Sequence record: PQ850612.1
Origin: Escherichia phage KarinMuster_Bas82
Direction: 5' to 3' (one strand)
DNA: 58,508 nucleotides
The notes below the pieces were generated by a model. The model saw only the letters and a program-made list of their open reading frames with translations. It did no database searches and was not told the DNA's origin. Each line of letters begins with the position of its first letter. Position 1 is the stretch's first letter. Both the position numbers and the translations under genes were made by a program. Of the stretch, positions 47,710-57,342 are shown piece by piece.

Positions 47710-48101
47710 TAATCGTCGTCACAGGTGGTCGTGACTTCAACGACAGAGTAGCAGTATTTTCCGCGTTAGGACTACTTCACAAACAATTCCCCATTACCGA
47801 ACTAATTGAAGGTGGTGCGTCAGGTGTTGATAACCTGTGTAAGCAATGGGCGCAGTTACACAGTATTCCTGTGCGTAGTTGCCCGGCAGCGTGGGACGAT
47901 CTGACTGTACCTGGTGCGGTTGTAAAACAGGGCAAGCACGGGCCTTATAACGCTGTTGCAGGTCATCAACGTAATCAGGCGATGTTAGAGGGTGAGCCAC
48001 GCCCTACATATGGTGTTGTGTTCCCCGGTGGGCGTGGTACTGCTGATATGCATCGTCGCATGTTGAAAGCTGGTTTAACTGTGTGGGTTCCATATCCTTA
48101 A
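47706..48101 (+). CDS. SLOG-type Rossmann protein (DprA/Smf- or DUF2493-like)
   Basis: 131 aa; VVTGGRDF and EGGASGVD motifs. Confidence 0.45.
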   Translation: MIIVVTGGRDFNDRVAVFSALGLLHKQFPITELIEGGASGVDNLCKQWAQLHSIPVRSCPAAWDDLTVPGAVVKQGKHGPYNAVAGHQRNQAMLEGEPRPTYGVVFPGGRGTADMHRRMLKAGLTVWVPYP

Positions 48102-48137
48102 AATAATTCTTGACAGATTACCAACCATCCCCGATAA
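48101..48137 (+). promoter_or_regulatory. conserved phage promoter (rightward)
   Basis: AAAATAATTCTTGACAGATTAC; 17-bp spacer; -10 GATAAT. Confidence 0.65.
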
Positions 48138-48172
48138 TTAGCCTCAGTTAACACACATGAGGCTAAACACAA

Positions 48173-48403
48173 ATGGCTAATAAAATTCATAAAGTCGATG
48201 ACACTTTTGTCATTTCAGATGATGGCGGTTGGTTGCCTGGCTGTTATGACAGTTTTGAAACAGCAGAAAAAGCACATGCTGTTAAACATTTGGAAAACTG
48301 GAATTTCCTTCAACGTCTTCAGAATGAAGCAAACACCCGTAATGGTGGCGTAGAAGGTGTGATCACTCTTAATGATATTGAAAACAAATCTGCACGGAGC
48401 TAA
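48173..48403 (+). CDS. hypothetical protein
   Basis: 76-aa ORF behind promoter and 5' hairpin. Confidence 0.5.
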   Translation: MANKIHKVDDTFVISDDGGWLPGCYDSFETAEKAHAVKHLENWNFLQRLQNEANTRNGGVEGVITLNDIENKSARS

Positions 48404-48408
48404 CAACC

Positions 48409-49176
48409 ATGGCTAACATTAATTCCCTTCGCAAGCTGTCTGATACCGATAAAACCAATGTAAAACGTGGTAATGCGTATCGTATTGATCCGCATATCAT
48501 CAAGATTCGTCCAGGGCATAACCCACGCGGTGTGTTTACCGACAACTACTGGGAAACTGAAGCAGCACTGGCACACATTGAAAACTTTCGTCAGGCTTAT
48601 ACCAACGGTGATTTCGTTCCACCGATCGTGGTACAGGTTGTTGACGGTGTTCCGTATGTTCAGGATGGTGAGCATCGTTTACGTGGTGTATTGGCAGCTA
48701 TTGAAGCCGGGACGCCGATTCTGACAGTAGATGTTGTTGAATCGTCCGGTGACGAACTACAACAGACCCTGACACTGTTAAAAGGTAATGAAGGTAAACC
48801 GTGGTCCCCTGTTGAACGTGCTGTTATTTACGGTCGTTTCCGTTCATATGGCATGAGTGTTGAGCAGATTGCTACACAAGTCGGTAAAACCGTTCAGCAC
48901 GTTTACGAACAACTGAATATTCTTGATATGCCGCTGGAACTTAAACGTCGTATTCAGAACGGTGAAATCAGCGCATCAGCAGCCATACGCCAGTTCAAAG
49001 CAGGTGATAAAGAACCAGTAGTCACGCGTCGTCCGCCTGCTAAACTGGTACGATCTGCAGTGGAAGCAATTCGTGGTGAATGGTCTGTAACCCGTTCGGA
49101 AGGTGGTAAAGTCCTGGTTGAACTTACCGCTGAACAGTTCGAAGCGTTAAAAGCACTGAAGGAGCACCAGTTATGA
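48409..49176 (+). CDS. ParB-like nuclease-domain protein
   Basis: 255 aa; VVQVVDGVPYVQDGEHRLRGV. Confidence 0.55.
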   Translation: MANINSLRKLSDTDKTNVKRGNAYRIDPHIIKIRPGHNPRGVFTDNYWETEAALAHIENFRQAYTNGDFVPPIVVQVVDGVPYVQDGEHRLRGVLAAIEAGTPILTVDVVESSGDELQQTLTLLKGNEGKPWSPVERAVIYGRFRSYGMSVEQIATQVGKTVQHVYEQLNILDMPLELKRRIQNGEISASAAIRQFKAGDKEPVVTRRPPAKLVRSAVEAIRGEWSVTRSEGGKVLVELTAEQFEALKALKEHQL

Positions 49177-49343
49177 AAACTATATCAGACAACTTAACAT
49201 CAATTTACGGTACATTGACCTGTCGTTCTAAATTAAAACCGTTGACAAAAGAAGAAGAATATCAGTGTAAATTCAATAATAGTTTCCCCAGCGTTAATGA
49301 AAATCGTTGGATTGCCAAACTAACCGGGAGTAAAAAGAAATGA
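49173..49343 (+). CDS. small hypothetical protein
   Basis: 56-aa ORF with ATGA overlaps on both sides. Confidence 0.3.
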   Translation: MKTISDNLTSIYGTLTCRSKLKPLTKEEEYQCKFNNSFPSVNENRWIAKLTGSKKK

Positions 49344-49564
49344 CTATCCGACTGATGAATCCAACCGTTGCCCGTAATATTAAACCGGGCGACAAGATTG
49401 AAGTATTTAATGAATGGTACTGGGTACGCTATATCAATTACCACGGGGCAACACTTACCCTTCGCTTACAACCGGAAGATGAACCGCTATCACCATTTTG
49501 CGAAAACGACCGCGTTGTGGTGACAGTACCAGAAGATTTAACGATTGATGTCGAGGTGCGTTAA
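49340..49564 (+). CDS. hypothetical protein
   Basis: 74-aa ORF. Confidence 0.45.
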   Translation: MTIRLMNPTVARNIKPGDKIEVFNEWYWVRYINYHGATLTLRLQPEDEPLSPFCENDRVVVTVPEDLTIDVEVR

Positions 49565-49954
49565 ATGACTGTATATGAAATGGAAGGTTTTCTTCGTGGT
49601 AAATGTATTCCGGGCGACCTGAAAGTTAACGAAACAAACGCTGAATATCTGGTGCGTAAGTTCGGTGAACTTGAAAATAAATGTGCGGCGCTGGTTGCGG
49701 AGAATGCGGCATTTAAGGACATAAACGCATGGTGTAAAACAGATGCGTTCAAAAACATGTATCGTGAGTTCAAAACAGCAGAAGCAGTTGGCTGTTGCGA
49801 CATTGACTGCATGCATGACGCAATGATGGTCGCAATTATGCACGCGCCTAAAGCACCAGCAACCGACGCTTTCCTGGCTGAAGTACGGGCCAGCGAACTT
49901 GATAGTTTAGCTGGTGTGGCTGAAACAATGTTGGTCAAATTCTCCAATCAGTAG
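49565..49954 (+). CDS. hypothetical protein
   Basis: 129-aa ORF. Confidence 0.5.
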   Translation: MTVYEMEGFLRGKCIPGDLKVNETNAEYLVRKFGELENKCAALVAENAAFKDINAWCKTDAFKNMYREFKTAEAVGCCDIDCMHDAMMVAIMHAPKAPATDAFLAEVRASELDSLAGVAETMLVKFSNQ

Positions 49955-49970
49955 TGCTCATCTGATATGC

Positions 49971-50309
49971 ATGATGTTGTGGGATGGAAGATGGTTCTCC
50001 AGCAGGCCAATAATCGCGCCGTCAAACTTCGTAAAAGGTGTGTTCGTGTATGAGTATCCGACTAACAGGTTCCCTCGTAACGGTTTGAAGTGGTCCGCAC
50101 GAGATCTGGCGTTATTAAAAATTAATGCGGGGAAGATCAGTGCGGACGAAATAGCGTACTACCTTCGCCGGGACGTTGAAGCGGTGCACATTAAAGCGTC
50201 ACGTCTCGGTATATCACTGGTAACCAATAAATGTAAACGTGGTCATGCGCGAGTTTACCAAAAAGGTAGATGGCGCTGTCCTGAGTGTAGAAAATTAAAA
50301 GGGTATTAA
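49971..50309 (+). CDS. hypothetical protein (start uncertain)
   Basis: in-frame ATG at 49971 without SD; alternative GTG about 50046 preceded by AAGGTG. Confidence 0.35.
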   Translation: MMLWDGRWFSSRPIIAPSNFVKGVFVYEYPTNRFPRNGLKWSARDLALLKINAGKISADEIAYYLRRDVEAVHIKASRLGISLVTNKCKRGHARVYQKGRWRCPECRKLKGY

Positions 50310-50311
50310 AT

Positions 50312-50557
50312 ATGAGCACTAAACTTCAACTTGGTTTTTCACCACTATCAAAAACTATCATGCTGGCAAAAATGCGCGATATTGAAGGTGGGCGTATGCG
50401 CGTTGGTAATGATCCCGGTCGTGATGTAACCAATGAAGCAGCACAGTTAGTATGGCAACTGGTTATTGCTGAAGGTGGTGAGATCGCGTGGGAACTGGAT
50501 GATGGTTCTCGCATGGTGTTGAAGGCAGAAAAACAAACAGAGGTACAACCATCATGA
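50312..50557 (+). CDS. hypothetical protein
   Basis: 81-aa ORF. Confidence 0.45.
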   Translation: MSTKLQLGFSPLSKTIMLAKMRDIEGGRMRVGNDPGRDVTNEAAQLVWQLVIAEGGEIAWELDDGSRMVLKAEKQTEVQPS

Positions 50558-51123
50558 CACCTGAACAATTCGCAACAGCAGCACACGGTGATCAACTTCG
50601 TAAGTACACCAACGACCCATATGTTAACCACTGCCGGAACGTTGCTGAACTGGTTAAACGCTATGGTGGTACGCCGGATATGGTTACCGCTGCCTGGCTG
50701 CATGATGTCGTTGAAGATACGCCAGTGACAGTGGGTGATGTGTGTTCGCAGTTCGGTGAAACTGTGGCACGTTATGTTGATCAGCTTACTGATGTGAGTC
50801 GTCCACACCACGGCAACCGTGTTAAGCGTAAAGCACGGGACATCGACCATTTATCACGGGCTGAACCTGTGGTGAAAACTATAAAACTGTGTGATCTGCT
50901 GGATAACACATCTTCAATTGTCCGACACGATCCGAAGTTTGCTGTAACGTACCTGGCCGAAAAACAACTCATGCTTGCTCACCTGTCAGATGCAAGTAAT
51001 CAGGAGTTATATGCGCTTGTTGAGCGTGAATTGTTTAAAGCCAAATACAAACTAACGAACGTCCAGTTGACAGCGTTTGACAAACACTACGACGCACTGG
51101 TTAAAGCGATGGGGGATCTGTGA
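50554..51123 (+). CDS. HD-domain hydrolase, SpoT/RelA hydrolase-like (small alarmone hydrolase candidate)
   Basis: 189 aa; AAHGDQLRKYTNDPYVNHCRNVA and AAWLHDVVEDT. Confidence 0.7.
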   Translation: MTPEQFATAAHGDQLRKYTNDPYVNHCRNVAELVKRYGGTPDMVTAAWLHDVVEDTPVTVGDVCSQFGETVARYVDQLTDVSRPHHGNRVKRKARDIDHLSRAEPVVKTIKLCDLLDNTSSIVRHDPKFAVTYLAEKQLMLAHLSDASNQELYALVERELFKAKYKLTNVQLTAFDKHYDALVKAMGDL

Positions 51124-51125
51124 TT

Positions 51126-51296
51126 ATGAAAGAAATAGAACAACTGGTTAAACGTTTACGTGCTGCTGGTCATCAACTTACTGTTGAAAATAACTGGATA
51201 GTGGTTAATCCACCATGTTCTTTATCTGATACGCTTTTAATTCAGAAATTGAATAAAGGTGAAAAACTGGCTAAGTATATTAAGGAAAACCCGTAA
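51126..51296 (+). CDS. small hypothetical protein
   Basis: 56-aa ORF with overlapping start. Confidence 0.35.
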   Translation: MKEIEQLVKRLRAAGHQLTVENNWIVVNPPCSLSDTLLIQKLNKGEKLAKYIKENP

Positions 51297-51436
51297 TGAA
51301 ACTAAAACTTCCAGGATACTGGTTTTCCGTAAGCTGGAACAGTTACAGTAAGTGGGGTTATTTCAAACTGTGGTATGACGGGCCGTACCGCGCATTCTGG
51401 ATCGGTCGTCTTTGTTTCGAATGGTGGTGGCGATGA
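51296..51436 (+). CDS. small Trp-rich protein
   Basis: 46-aa ORF. Confidence 0.3.
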   Translation: MKLKLPGYWFSVSWNSYSKWGYFKLWYDGPYRAFWIGRLCFEWWWR

Positions 51437-51654
51437 TTGCAGATAACTTACTGTGTAAACTACGTGCGGACCTGATTAATAAAAAGTTTTGTCGTGATAT
51501 AAACAAACCACTTGTATTTGTAAAAGTGCTCAACGTCTATAGAGCAGGTCGTGGTTTTAAGGTTATGTTCAGATACGGTGATGACGGTCCTGTCGTATAT
51601 TGTGGTTACACCAATTTTTTGAAACGTTACCCGGAGGAACTAACACATGAATAA
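51433..51654 (+). CDS. hypothetical protein
   Basis: start at MIADNLL (track ORF begins 51412). Confidence 0.4.
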   Translation: MIADNLLCKLRADLINKKFCRDINKPLVFVKVLNVYRAGRGFKVMFRYGDDGPVVYCGYTNFLKRYPEELTHE

Positions 51655-51856
51655 AGCATCGCCTGTAGAAATACGTAAGTGTCTTGAAATGGCAAACAGT
51701 CTTGCACATGCCGGGATTAGATTTGTCCCTGTACCAGTAACCAGTGATGATGAATTTAATTCGCTGGTTACTCATTCGTACGGGATGCTAAACAAAATAG
51801 CAGACGATTGTGATACAACTAACCGCCAGTTCGAAAGTCTGGCTAAACATGAATAG
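51647..51856 (+). CDS. hypothetical protein
   Basis: 69-aa ORF. Confidence 0.4.
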   Translation: MNKASPVEIRKCLEMANSLAHAGIRFVPVPVTSDDEFNSLVTHSYGMLNKIADDCDTTNRQFESLAKHE

Positions 51857-51906
51857 TTAATCGTCAGTGCGCTCTATGTGGCGCACGTTTTCTATGAGGT
51901 GTACCG

Positions 51907-52245
51907 ATGAGTTTGTTTCAATGTGAAAACTGTGGATGTGTTGAAAATACCGCTCTGTCTTCTCAGGGGTTTAACGGTTTCTTTGAAAAGATGTACGACT
52001 GGTTATATGCACCGGGAAGGAAAGGTAAACGATTATGTTCAACGTGTGGACCTGTTAAATACAAAGATGGAAAAGATACCGAATACGGTAAATGGCATAA
52101 CGTTTTTCCACGGCGGTATTTACCATTGGGTAAGTTTAAAACGAATCGTCAGGGTAATCTGGAAAATGTTGAAACGGGTGAAACAGATTATCAACCTTAC
52201 ATACTTAAACAGGATGGCGACTGGAAAAACGAACCCTTCTGTTAA
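51907..52245 (+). CDS. zinc-ribbon-like protein
   Basis: 112 aa; CENCGC ... CSTCG. Confidence 0.5.
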   Translation: MSLFQCENCGCVENTALSSQGFNGFFEKMYDWLYAPGRKGKRLCSTCGPVKYKDGKDTEYGKWHNVFPRRYLPLGKFKTNRQGNLENVETGETDYQPYILKQDGDWKNEPFC

Positions 52246-52251
52246 CAAAAA

Positions 52252-52278
52252 GCGGGGTAATCATCCCCGCTATCTTTA
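52252..52278. terminator. bidirectional terminator
   Basis: GCGGGG-taatcat-CCCCGC with T-rich flanks. Confidence 0.6.
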
Positions 52279-53031
52279 TTGACCCATCATATCTTTATAC
52301 ATCATCAAAACAACATCATCCGGCATATTGTCTACATCACAATGTGGGTTGTGTGATAACGCATACAGTCTGATTTTCTCCTTCAAATCGCTGACATCGA
52401 CTACAGGTGCTTCCACTCGTGCTACAGGTGCTTCCACTCGTGCTACAGGTGGTTCCACTCGTGCTACAGGTGGTTCACAAACCATCACGTTAAACGGTGT
52501 ACCGGTGCCTTCGTATTTTTCAAGCAAATCGACCATTACGTTTACACATTCCGGGATCCATCCCCGGCGCAAACCATTCTGAATCCAACTGTCAGTAATT
52601 GTGTGTTCGTTTAAATTCCTGCGTAGCACATATCTTGCACATTCAAAATTACCGCACATCGCCTCAAACCGTGTCCACACGTCGTGACCGTGAACAGCTT
52701 CCAGGATCTGTGAATCAACGTATCTGACACGTTGCCAGTAGTTATTAGCAAAACGCCTGTGCGGTAATTTCTGACGGAGTTCGGTAACCGGTATTGTGTG
52801 TTTAAGAACAATGTTTTCGTCAGAATATTGTACTGGCAAGGGTGACAGTGTGAAGTCAGTAATCTCTTCAAGAATAATACTGATCGTTTCATATTTAGGA
52901 TGAAACCTACCGCTTAACCATTGGTTGTAACGACCAACAGTTACCTTAACACCTCGACGATTAAGGTATTCAACAGCATTTTGTACCCCGCCTTTTAAAT
53001 CTATCAATTCGTCTAAAAGGTTCTTTTTCAT
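52276..53031 (-). CDS. hypothetical protein with (E)PPVARV repeats
   Basis: start at MKKNLLDEL with SD AAGGGTG; four 21-bp in-frame repeats. Confidence 0.5.
   Translation of the reverse strand: MKKNLLDELIDLKGGVQNAVEYLNRRGVKVTVGRYNQWLSGRFHPKYETISIILEEITDFTLSPLPVQYSDENIVLKHTIPVTELRQKLPHRRFANNYWQRVRYVDSQILEAVHGHDVWTRFEAMCGNFECARYVLRRNLNEHTITDSWIQNGLRRGWIPECVNVMVDLLEKYEGTGTPFNVMVCEPPVARVEPPVARVEAPVARVEAPVVDVSDLKEKIRLYALSHNPHCDVDNMPDDVVLMMYKDMMGQ
52401..52500 (-). repeat. 21-bp tandem repeat x4 plus partial
   Basis: CTACAGGTGCTTCCACTCGTG x2 then CTACAGGTGGTTCCACTCGTG x2. Confidence 0.8.
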
Positions 53032-53069
53032 TATCACACCCTTCTTGTTTGACCACGGGTAAATCATAA

Positions 53070-53260
53070 CGCGCGTTAGCAGCTAGTGCAAGACGTGCTT
53101 TATATGTTAGTGTATTTACACCTAACGCACGTTGTGCTTTAGCAGCTAGTGCAAGATGCACGTTGTGTATTAGCTGTTAGTGCACGTTGTGTATCTATGT
53201 TGGTACAGCTAATGCACGTTGTGAATTATGTAGTGCATATAGTGCATTAAAGTTATACTT
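53070..53260. repeat. iteron-like array
   Basis: GCACGTTGTG x4 at 24-32 bp spacing, TTAGCAGCTAGTGCAAGA x2, TATTAGCTGT recurring. Confidence 0.75.
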
Positions 53261-53273
53261 AACATAGATTTCG

Positions 53274-53375
53274 TCATGTTTATTTTTTAACCAACCTCTC
53301 TCTATCTTATTCTTTTTATTATCTTTTTATAGATAACATAGAAAACATAGATACAAAGAAGAAGTAGTATAGAAA
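53274..53375. repeat. AT-rich ~100-bp repeat, copy B
   Basis: near-identical to 13558-13660. Confidence 0.8.
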
Positions 53376-53642
53376 GATAGAGATAGTGCATATAGTGTAT
53401 TAGCTGTAAATAGAGCTAAAATAAAAGTCTGGGAGATACCTATTGTAATCTATGTTTTTATGCAAGTCTTTGAATTGATTGTGATTATGGGCTACGTATT
53501 TATGTATGTAGTCGAAAATTAGTGCATGTTGTGCACTAACTGTAAAATTAATACTAACATTGTATTAGCTGTAAAACAGGGCGTGTGGACAACCCGTGGG
53601 TATCTGTGGGAAACTAATTTAAAATTTATGGGAGACAAATTT

Positions 53643-54278
53643 ATGAAAATTTCAGACCGGGCTAAAAGAGCTGCTCTGGAGTTGTCGCCGGAACAGCTTA
53701 AGTTCGCCAACCTGTGGTTAGATCGTGTCAATAATGGCTTCAGCAATACGCGATGCGTTTTAGAAGCTTATCCGGGTCACACGTCTGATGCAGCGGCTGC
53801 AACGACCGCACACCGCCTCCTGTCGAATACGAAGGTGTTGAACTATCTGGACGCGATGGGAAGTCATGCGCTTGAGTCTGTCGGGGAATCGTTAACGAGT
53901 CGTGTTGAGTGGTGGAAACGAGCGGCAAGCACGGCTGAAGAATTACTGGAACCGTATTGTCAGCGTGTCATCGTCCCTGGTGAAGACGATACAGAAGCGA
54001 AACACCTGTGGGTGAACAGTACCGACGATATCCCCAGTCATCTGCAACAGTACGTAGTTTGCTACAAACGTTACATGCTGGGTGGATACATTCTGGTGAC
54101 ACGTGAACTGTTCGACCCGAAAACTCGTGCAAAAGCGTCTGAACAACTGGATAAGATCACCGGGAACAGTATCGACCGTGTGGAATTGTCTGGCGTGGTT
54201 GGAAACGTGGTTCAGAGTGTTCCTGAAGGTGCAACCATCGACGACATCGCGCAACTTTATCAGAAGGCACTCAAATAG
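53643..54278 (+). CDS. terS: terminase small subunit
   Basis: start at MKISDRAK (SD GGAGA); LSPEQLKFANLWLDRVNNGFSNTRCVLEAY...AHRLLSNTKVLNYLDAM matches terminase small-subunit N-domain pattern. Confidence 0.65.
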   Translation: MKISDRAKRAALELSPEQLKFANLWLDRVNNGFSNTRCVLEAYPGHTSDAAAATTAHRLLSNTKVLNYLDAMGSHALESVGESLTSRVEWWKRAASTAEELLEPYCQRVIVPGEDDTEAKHLWVNSTDDIPSHLQQYVVCYKRYMLGGYILVTRELFDPKTRAKASEQLDKITGNSIDRVELSGVVGNVVQSVPEGATIDDIAQLYQKALK

Positions 54279-54369
54279 GCGGTTGTTCCGGCTTAAATAA
54301 CACCGGAAACCGTTTGCGTTTTCGATAAACAGGGTTGAGTGGTGCGATGGTACAGGGTAGGGTGTTAAA

Positions 54370-54390
54370 GCCCCTTACGGGGCGTTTTAG
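54370..54390 (+). terminator. possible terminator after terS
   Basis: GCCCC-ttac-GGGGC then GTTTT. Confidence 0.35.
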
Positions 54391-54683
54391 AGCTTATCAC
54401 GTAAAATCGCTATTTCGCTCATTGCTGAAAACATGTTTGATTTCATACGATCAGATTTTTCGATACGACATTTATCGTTGATTATAGAAATGGCGATATT
54501 GAAAGCCTCAATTTTCGCTTCTTTTATCGCTTGTTTACGGGGTTTTTGTTTTACCTTCGGTATTTCACGAAGGCATTTTGGAATATAATTCATTACTGGA
54601 CATATAAGAACCTTCAACCAAACATTTTTGCTTCGATTGGTTTTACACGATAAGCGAAAATCACACCGACCTGAAAAGCACAT
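54387..54683 (-). CDS. hypothetical protein
   Basis: 98-aa ORF; start may be internal Met. Confidence 0.35.
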   Translation of the reverse strand: MCFSGRCDFRLSCKTNRSKNVWLKVLICPVMNYIPKCLREIPKVKQKPRKQAIKEAKIEAFNIAISIINDKCRIEKSDRMKSNMFSAMSEIAILRDKL

Positions 54684-54777
54684 TCACCATATTCAGCTAC
54701 GATATATTTTTCACACTCTTCTTTAGTTTCGAAGTTTTTCATTTTTCGGTTCCTCACAATTCGTTGTCTATGTGAGT

Positions 54778-54824
54778 AATTTACACATCCTTGTGCAATC
54801 CGTCAAGAATTATTTTAAATAAAA
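54778..54824 (-). promoter_or_regulatory. conserved phage promoter (leftward)
   Basis: TTTAAAATAATTCTTGACGGATTGC; -10 TAAATT. Confidence 0.55.
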
Positions 54825-54843
54825 CCCCGGTTAGTTCCGGGGT
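54824..54843 (-). terminator. terminator hairpin
   Basis: CCCCGG-aactaa-CCGGGG then TTTTATTT on minus strand; same loop as the 22433 hairpin. Confidence 0.5.
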
Positions 54844-54851
54844 AATGTTCA

Positions 54852-55187
54852 TTATTCGCCCAACGCTTCTTTCAACAACCGATACGTTTCAGGACATTTA
54901 CCGGATCCGCGTTCACGTTCATAAGCTGCGCTAATAACATCCCAGTTTTCAATCACGCCTTTAAACGCCGGACACTTTTCAGCAATCAATGGAAAACTGT
55001 TTCTGATTTCCGGTACAGCTTCAATCAGGAACCAGCAACGGCGAAAATCAGCAACATCCCGTGGCGCACGAAATCCCCATTCACCATCCATTTCGTTACC
55101 TGTGTGAATGCAGACCATCGTTTTAGAACTCAGACCAGTTTCACCAGAGCATAACCACTGAATAATACGTTCCTGTTCTGTTTTCAT
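54852..55187 (-). CDS. hypothetical protein
   Basis: 111-aa ORF overlapping rdgC stop. Confidence 0.5.
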   Translation of the reverse strand: MKTEQERIIQWLCSGETGLSSKTMVCIHTGNEMDGEWGFRAPRDVADFRRCWFLIEAVPEIRNSFPLIAEKCPAFKGVIENWDVISAAYERERGSGKCPETYRLLKEALGE

Positions 55188-56101
55188 CGTTTAGCCTCCC
55201 CACCCAAAGCAGTGATAAGTTGTTTAATCAGCATTGAAAGTTCACCTGTCATCAGTACAAAATCAGCGTCGAATCGTGCCAGAACATCTTCACGATTCAT
55301 GTCGTCATTCTGTAACACCAGTTCGTCACAGAATTTCACACGGTTTAACGCCGTGCTGTCAGTTAGCGTAAACGTTACCCGCTGCTGCCAGTCCATCGCC
55401 AGCTTTGTAACGAATTTCCCGGCTTCAATATGTGTGGCTATTTCATCACTGGTTAAATCCTGTTTTTTAACGCGTGCAACACCGCCATCAGTCAGGTTCG
55501 CTTTCAGTTCCGCAGAATCACCCATCGCGAAATAATCGCCAGGGACTTTACCGAGTTTTACCCACTCCGTTGTTGTCAGTTCAACAGGGTTTTCCATCGT
55601 CAGCGGGACGACTGGCAAACTACCCAGGGATTTACGCAACAGTGCTAATGCATCTTCAGCCCGTTTAGCACTGGGCGCATCAACCACAATCAACCCGTTA
55701 GTGATGTCGATCCACAACTGTGTACGACTGTTTTTAACGAATGCGCGTGGTAACAGGCTGTGCAATACTTCATCTTTCAACGCGTCTTTCTCAGTCTTTT
55801 TCAGGCGACGACCCTGTTCCGTTTCCAGTTTAGTGATACGTGCGTTCAGATGCTGTTTAATGACCGGACCCGGAATAATCTTTTCCTGTTTCTGGATGGT
55901 CAGCAGATATTGCCCATTAGCCTGGTGAACCAGCGTATGATGTTGTTCAGTTGCCGGAATCCATCCAGTACGCGCCATATCCTGTGAACCACATGGATTG
56001 AATTGAAACGCATACAGGCTGTCTTCCAGTGTTGGTAACTGGGCCATTAATTGCATCGGGTTAGTCAGACGATAAATGATTGCGTTTTTAAAGAAGTTCA
56101 T
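55184..56101 (-). CDS. rdgC: recombination-associated protein RdgC homolog
   Basis: 305 aa; [36 protein letters not shown] and [16 protein letters not shown] closely resemble enterobacterial RdgC (from memory). Confidence 0.75.
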   Translation of the reverse strand: MNFFKNAIIYRLTNPMQLMAQLPTLEDSLYAFQFNPCGSQDMARTGWIPATEQHHTLVHQANGQYLLTIQKQEKIIPGPVIKQHLNARITKLETEQGRRLKKTEKDALKDEVLHSLLPRAFVKNSRTQLWIDITNGLIVVDAPSAKRAEDALALLRKSLGSLPVVPLTMENPVELTTTEWVKLGKVPGDYFAMGDSAELKANLTDGGVARVKKQDLTSDEIATHIEAGKFVTKLAMDWQQRVTFTLTDSTALNRVKFCDELVLQNDDMNREDVLARFDADFVLMTGELSMLIKQLITALGGEAKR

Positions 56102-56331
56102 AATTCAATGTCCTGTTTTATTCGTGAATGAAGTAATCAACCGTTTTGGTTTACTTTTCATATAATTAACCAAAGCATTTCATTTCCTGTTCCTTCTTTT
56201 CTTCGCCTCGCGTCGGGCTTTTGCAATACCTGTTTTACGATGTGGTTGTTTACGATCAGTAATAATTCCTTGTGTTGGAACACCCCACAACGTGTTAGTG
56301 GAACTTAACAATTTAATCGCGTAATCAAGAA

Positions 56332-56598
56332 TCATACGTTCACCACTTTTAAATCAGGTGTCAGGCTACGATGGTCATGATGACCGTTCATGGTAAATGA
56401 GAAAGTGTAATCGCACTGCTCACCATCGAACGTGAAGGGGATTTGAAACCCTGTATCGTCAGTGATGCGAACTTTAACCGGGTATTCAGCTTGCGGATCG
56501 ACCGCTACAACAGTGCCGAATGGCTGAGATTTGCGACGTGCGAGAATTTCTAACAATCGTGGACTGGTGATTTCTACGTGTTGACCAGTTTTAAACAT
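56332..56598 (-). CDS. hypothetical protein
   Basis: start at MFKTGQHV with SD GGAG. Confidence 0.5.
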   Translation of the reverse strand: MFKTGQHVEITSPRLLEILARRKSQPFGTVVAVDPQAEYPVKVRITDDTGFQIPFTFDGEQCDYTFSFTMNGHHDHRSLTPDLKVVNV

Positions 56599-56630
56599 GG
56601 TGATAACTCCAGTTGTTTTACACAAACTGA

Positions 56631-56674
56631 AGTCTATCTGATAATGTGTAAGCCGTCAAGAATTATTTTAAACC
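56631..56674 (-). promoter_or_regulatory. conserved phage promoter (leftward)
   Basis: TTTAAAATAATTCTTGACGGCTTAC; -10 TAGACT. Confidence 0.55.
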
Positions 56675-56849
56675 GTCCATCACTGTCTGCAGCGTAACAA
56701 ATACCGTGACTGTAGATTGTCGCAGTTCGTGTAATGCGTTGATAGTCTGAGCATTGGTTACGAACACGCAGGTCATACCCGGATTGTACGATCAGCCAGG
56801 TTGCAATGATGGCGAGTAATTTTAAAACGTATCTGAACATGTTCCACAC
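56634..56849 (-). CDS. small membrane-anchored protein
   Basis: 71 aa; hydrophobic N-terminus; overlaps promoter element. Confidence 0.35.
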   Translation of the reverse strand: MWNMFRYVLKLLAIIATWLIVQSGYDLRVRNQCSDYQRITRTATIYSHGICYAADSDGRFKIILDGLHIIR

Positions 56850-56911
56850 TCCTGTTTGATAGTTTCAGGGTAGTGTGGAACTGGCGAAGATGGTATAGGA
56901 TTTACGATAAT

Positions 56912-57334
56912 TTAACAGGGGTTTCGACTGGCATAAAACTTTGTACCGACTGGCATACGTTCCATGTTGAGTTTTCCGCGCAGGTGTTTGTATGTTTCAC
57001 CGGGAGAACGTAGTTCTGCTTCACACGGTCTTTCAACAATTTCACCCACGGGATCACCTAACGCGCCTTTCCATCCTTCCCACATTGCGCACATGGTGAT
57101 AAACCAGACACTACCTAAACTGGCTTTCTTGTTCTCCCAGAACCAGTCGATGAACTCTATCGACATTCCATGTTGTTTTGCAATTTCGTAACGGTCATCC
57201 ACTTTTTTAACCCTCCACCCATATTTAGCACGATTCATAGCGGTCCGTTCATCATTCGTGGTGAACAGTACGCGCCCGGATTTATGACAAATGTTCCACA
57301 TTATAACTACCGCCTGAATAGTGATGTTTACCAC
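56912..57334 (-). CDS. hypothetical protein
   Basis: 140-aa ORF; start uncertain. Confidence 0.4.
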   Translation of the reverse strand: MVNITIQAVVIMWNICHKSGRVLFTTNDERTAMNRAKYGWRVKKVDDRYEIAKQHGMSIEFIDWFWENKKASLGSVWFITMCAMWEGWKGALGDPVGEIVERPCEAELRSPGETYKHLRGKLNMERMPVGTKFYASRNPC

Positions 57335-57342
57335 ACAACGAT

